DNA of 63,118 nt, counting the filler, from Licmophora abbreviata (Eukaryota), in NCBI GenBank assembly GCA_900291995.1. It is 6 parts of 6 records of this genome, joined end to end, with 100 filler letters (N's around TTAATTAATTAA, not from the genome) between each part and the next. Parts side by side here need not be neighbours in the genome. Positions count along the whole stretch, not along the records: positions 50,210 to 60,794 come from OLMU01004851.1; positions 60,895 to 63,118 come from OLMU01004862.1; 4 more parts are not named here. One strand, given 5' to 3'. Of this stretch, positions 59,227 to 63,118 are shown one piece after another. Position numbers and translations under genes: made by a program. Below the pieces are notes generated by a model, which was given only the letters and a program-made list of their open reading frames with translations, was not told where the DNA came from and ran no database searches. Each line of letters opens with the position of its first letter. Positions within the stretch are counted from its first letter, which is position 1.

Positions 59227-60277
59227 CTAGCAAGTCCATGGTGTCTTTAACGTCCATTCGTCGCGAAGTACTCGCGGTCTGGACAGACAAAGCCCGTTTC
59301 TTCCAATCAATGTTCTCCATTGTATGATAAGCGTGCACGCGTCTAGCGACCTCACTCGCAAGCAGGCTCGGTATCTCAGCTGATTCGGCGCTCTTTCCTC
59401 CTCTGATTCTTTCATGGCTAGAGTGAGCATTCTTCCCTGGACAAATACGCTGCGAAAGCGATTCGCGCAAGCTTTCCAGATTCGTCTATAGGTGCGTCGG
59501 TTTCTTGTAAGCCCGGCCAGTAGTGAACTTCCACCTTTTTCAGGGCAAACTTTCTCTCGGGGAACGCTTTTTCAGGAGCTCCCTGCTGATTGTCTGGGTG
59601 GAAGGGACCGAAGTGTTTCTCAAACACTTGCTGCGGTCGAAGTGGGCAAGATCATTAGAACATCTGCTTTTGAAAAATGCTCGTTTCTGAATGTAGCATC
59701 CTAGTTGAAAACTCTTACCATGATTGGAACTTTACACAGCTTTCCACTCGGATTTTCAATAACAACAATCACATGAGGGTTCTTAGCTCTGGCCCACAAT
59801 TTGATCTGTGCCATTTTCTACAACAACAAAAAAGGTCGTGGATGCAAGCCTCGTGTGATCGATCGAGATTGTTTCTGTATGACATGTTGGTGTTGTGGAG
59901 AATGCGGTGCTTGTTTCCAGTCAAGTTCGAGTATGTACTGCATGGCAGACTCGCCCAAATAAAGTCGGGCACAACGGATAGATCTCTCTCTGGACTAAAG
60001 AGCATGATATCCAAATGCTTAGAAGAGTTCCATCTGCGAATGTATATTGGTGGCGTTCCGGTTGTTCTACATTGTGAGGAACACGCTGGTTTTTCGCACG
60101 ACTCGCAAAGAGCAATTTCAAATCCTTTCCAGACCACCAGTCTGTTGCATAACAATCTTGATCCCATTTGACAAGATGTTGACGGTCATCAAACGTAGTT
60201 TTCCGTTTCGTCCGTTTAATAGTACCTGTATGCATCCCAGTACCATGAAAGGAGATTCGATCGTTCTTTCGGAACAA
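59227..60277 (-). pseudogene. Fragmented C5-cytosine methyltransferase-like gene
   Basis: Ordered motifs spread over different frames: 'SFHGTG' (motif I-like), 'PDFIWASLPCSTYS' (motif IV), 'PHVIVVIENPSG' (motif VI) and 'AEIPSLLASEVA' (motif X-like). Confidence 0.55.
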
Positions 60278-60660
60278 GAAGTCTTGTTCGGGCGCATCGT
60301 CCGACTCGCTCAGGTCACTGCTCGTACGAGGTTATGTAGGTAGGGGGACGCGCCATGGTCCAGCAATCCGATTCTTTGTCGGCAGAGGCACACATCCTGG
60401 CTTGTTGCTGCTCAACCAACTTTTCCAAATCAATGACTTTTTGCTGTAGGGATTCTAGACTCTGTCGCAGCGTCCCGACGTGATTGCCCAAAGCTTCCGT
60501 ATCTGTTGCCAAGTTGGTACGCTCATACTCAGCGAACCGAAATGACCAAGTCGCCCTGTCCCACATTCTCGAACATCGAATCCTCCAAAATCCATTCTTC
60601 CGCTGTATTGGAAGTGAGCTCCAGCCGCTTTATACCATTGAGCGCTTGTTGCCGCACAGC

Positions 60661-60794
60661 GTCAGGAACTTTGCTGAATCGAAATAGATAGATCGAGGTT
60701 CCTAGAGAAAAATGAAACATTAGCTAGACCTATCGTACTTCTACGAGCGGCTAACTTGCTCGTTCGACAGAATATAATAATAATACTATAGTGT
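60661..60794. repeat. Dispersed repeat, copy 2
   Basis: Matches 49936-50109. Confidence 0.9.
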
Positions 60795-60894
60795 NNNNNN
60801 NNNNNNNNNNNNNNNNNNNNNNNNNNNNNNNNNNNNNNTTAATTAATTAANNNNNNNNNNNNNNNNNNNNNNNNNNNNNNNNNNNNNNNNNNNN
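60795..60894. other. Artificial contig spacer
   Basis: N44-TTAATTAATTAA-N44. Confidence 0.97.
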
Positions 60895-62212
60895 TGTTGT
60901 TCCTCTCGATATCCGACTCCTTAATTCCCTGGTTTACCGCCTGGGTAGTCGATCCCCGCCTGAACGACCGACTCACTCCATATTCGACCCTCACATCAAC
61001 CTGATCACTGATGAGGTTGGTCTCGACCTGGATGTCACAGAGGACATCGAGTATCGCGACTTCGAAATCCCTGGCCTTGGCTCTCCGCGTCGCAGATCGC
61101 CGGAAGATAGGCCCCCTGTCAATTCCCCCCTGGCGGTACCATTCGACCGCTCTCATCATCCATTTTCGTGGTTCTAGCCCGGATCGGGTCACCGCCGCGA
61201 GCGGAAGCAGGTGATACAATTCGCCTGTCTCGCCCTTGAACCTCCCCAGCAGCGCCGCCACCACGTGAGGGTGCTGGAGGTCACGCCCACTCTCCTCAAG
61301 ATGGATCCGCACGCCCGTGAGATCCATGAGGGGGGTCTCCTCGCCTCGTAGGCCCCCGCAAAACGTCACCACAGAGAAGAGCGCCGGAAACAGCACCTCC
61401 TCTTGCTGCTCTCTCGTCCCGCCATGTCCTCCACATTCAATCCACCTGCCCTCAAACCTCGACATCAGCTCCTTCATCACCTCGATGGATAGCGCCAGGT
61501 CCGGAATGCTCTTATCTCCCATCCGTTTGTGCATTCCTAGGCTAAATCTTTCGTACCAGTCCGTGTAGGTGGGACACGACGTCTGAAACAGCTTGGTCGT
61601 CTCCCTGGCCATGACTGCAACCCCCGTTCCTTGCACCGAGGCGTGCCAGACATTGGAGTACCCGCTACGGAGCTTCCTGGCCGTCTCGAACTGAATCGTC
61701 GCTTCGTTCTTCCCCGGGTCTAACGACCGAATCAGGGTGGCACATGCAATACCCATCCCAACAGTGTCCTCTACCGGGTGAGGTCCAAGGTCAGGGAGGG
61801 GTCGATGAATACCTAAGAGCGAGCTCTTGGATATTATCATCTTCGCCTGGCTACGGGTGCTCGAGACGGTGCCGGACTCCCTAGCCCAGAAGGCGTCAAG
61901 GTTAGCTCGCCGGATGCACCCGAGGAGAAGAGAGTCTCGGTGGTCGTCGCCGCAAGGGTTGCGCTGCTGGATGTTTCGAAAGTGGCATAGATCACACTGG
62001 AATGGGCAGCACAAGTTGTCCCCCTCACGGGCAACGGTGAATCTCTCCGACTCCTCCTCGAGAATCAAATCATTCCCATCTTCATCCGTGGGTCTACGGA
62101 TGGGGTACTCCTTGCATCCCGTCGAGTCATAGCACCCCCCGCACCACGCTTTCCGGCATGGTTCCCAGCCGGCTCGCCCTGAGGAATAGTTTCCGCAGAA
62201 AATCCCGTCCAA
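60895..62212 (-). CDS. Tyrosine recombinase of the element, truncated at the gap
   Basis: Cys-rich N-terminus 'CPFQCDLCHFRN', 'IRRANLDAFW', catalytic-like 'GGLRGEE', 'GRFKGE' and 'GVSRSFRRGSTT'. Confidence 0.8.
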
Positions 62213-63118
62213 CCAGCAGATCCCCCTTTTGCATTTCGCGCAGTTGCCCTTCCACCTTGTCCATGAATCGGGAACCTCGAAGCCTCCAGGGTCTGTGGGA
62301 GAGGAGGGGAAAGCATACGCCCAATATTAGAGGCTCATGTTGACTCTTGCTCCACACTTCGGATCGGGTGCACGGAACAGTGAAAATCAGGTCTGCTGTC
62401 TTCTGAAGAGTCTTCCGCCACATTGCGGTCATCAAGCGCGGCACAACGAAAATGTGTATGGAAGTGGGCTGCCGGTGGATTACGCGCCCCAATCTCTCGG
62501 CGGCCACATCAGCCGCTGCAGGCGGGGGTACCCGCCCAAGCGTAAGTCCCCCCCGACTTCACCGTCGAAAACCAATCGTCGGGCTCCAGTTCCACTGCCC
62601 CTTCAGGCAGCCAAGAAAACATCCATTCCCGGAGGGCAGGGGACCGGTCGACCGCCGAGAGATGAAGGGGAATAAAGGAATGGAACGGCGTCCCAGCCAT
62701 CACCCCAGCGCCGTGGTCTCCCCGCGAAAGCCCGTCTGTTCCTTGCGAAATCATCCGCGTCCCGGCAACGTGGATCACTCGCAGAATGAATCCTTCGGCC
62801 ATCTCCAACTTCCGCAGGCGCACCACAAGCTCGAAGAGGGTCCGACTGGACGAGGTCCCCCTATGGAATGCCGACTCCGCCGTCGAGTTGTCGGTAAAGA
62901 GGAAGACCTCACAGTCATTGAGAAAACCGTCCCCTTTCGCGCGCTCGAGGCTCTCCACTAGGTTCCGTAGTTCCCTGTAGTTGGACGACGACTCCTCCGC
63001 TAGGGTCCACCTTCCGTGGGACCAGTGGAGCCGTCCGTCTTTGTAAAGTGTGACCCCGAACCCCAGCCCAGAAGCGTCCCCGAAGCCATACACCACGTTG
63101 ACCTCTCGTGTAGCGCGG
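62127..63118 (-). CDS. C-terminal part of pol (RNase H domain), frameshifted at about 62530
   Basis: 'FGDASGLGFG', 'SSNYREL', 'FTDNSTA' and 'HVAGTRMISQGTDGLSRG'; the shifted frame continues 'VPPPAAADVAAERL...HIFVVPRLMTAMWRK'. Confidence 0.78.

Larger units (their letters stand above)
60895..63118 (-). mobile_element. Partial DIRS-like tyrosine-recombinase retrotransposon
   Basis: An RNase H-containing pol ORF overlaps a tyrosine recombinase ORF; the contig is visibly more GC-rich than the rest of the window. Confidence 0.82.

Overview
Eukaryotic, gene-dense genomic DNA, most likely from a pennate diatom. This is inferred from short GT-AG introns, bipartite 'ASAF'-type plastid presequences, a fucoxanthin-chlorophyll LHC, the UGPase-PGM fusion and a TIC110-like gene. 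The window is six contigs joined by five artificial 100-nt spacers (N44-TTAATTAATTAA-N44). It holds about 30 protein genes: ARIADNE E3 ligase, plastid HPF, ISCA2, SAP-PPR, UGP/PGM, MFS, Lhcr, FAM210, DUF4336, GNAT, two SAM methyltransferases, an alpha-CA-like protein, a DPP-IV-like peptidase, KRE6/SKN1 GH16, TIC110-like, glutaredoxin-like, tandem UBL-TM and TMBIM pairs, and several hypothetical genes. It also contains a decayed C5-methyltransferase-like gene and part of a DIRS-like tyrosine-recombinase retrotransposon. The standout is a circularly permuted tRNA-Arg(ACG) gene at 42819-42895: the 3' half lies upstream of the 5' half, split at position 37/38, and the flanks can form a bulge-helix-bulge motif followed by a T6 terminator. 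I know such genes from a red alga, prasinophytes, a nucleomorph and one archaeon, but not from diatoms. Three otherwise intact genes carry single-base frameshifts, probably assembly errors. All family assignments come from motif recognition by eye, not database searches.
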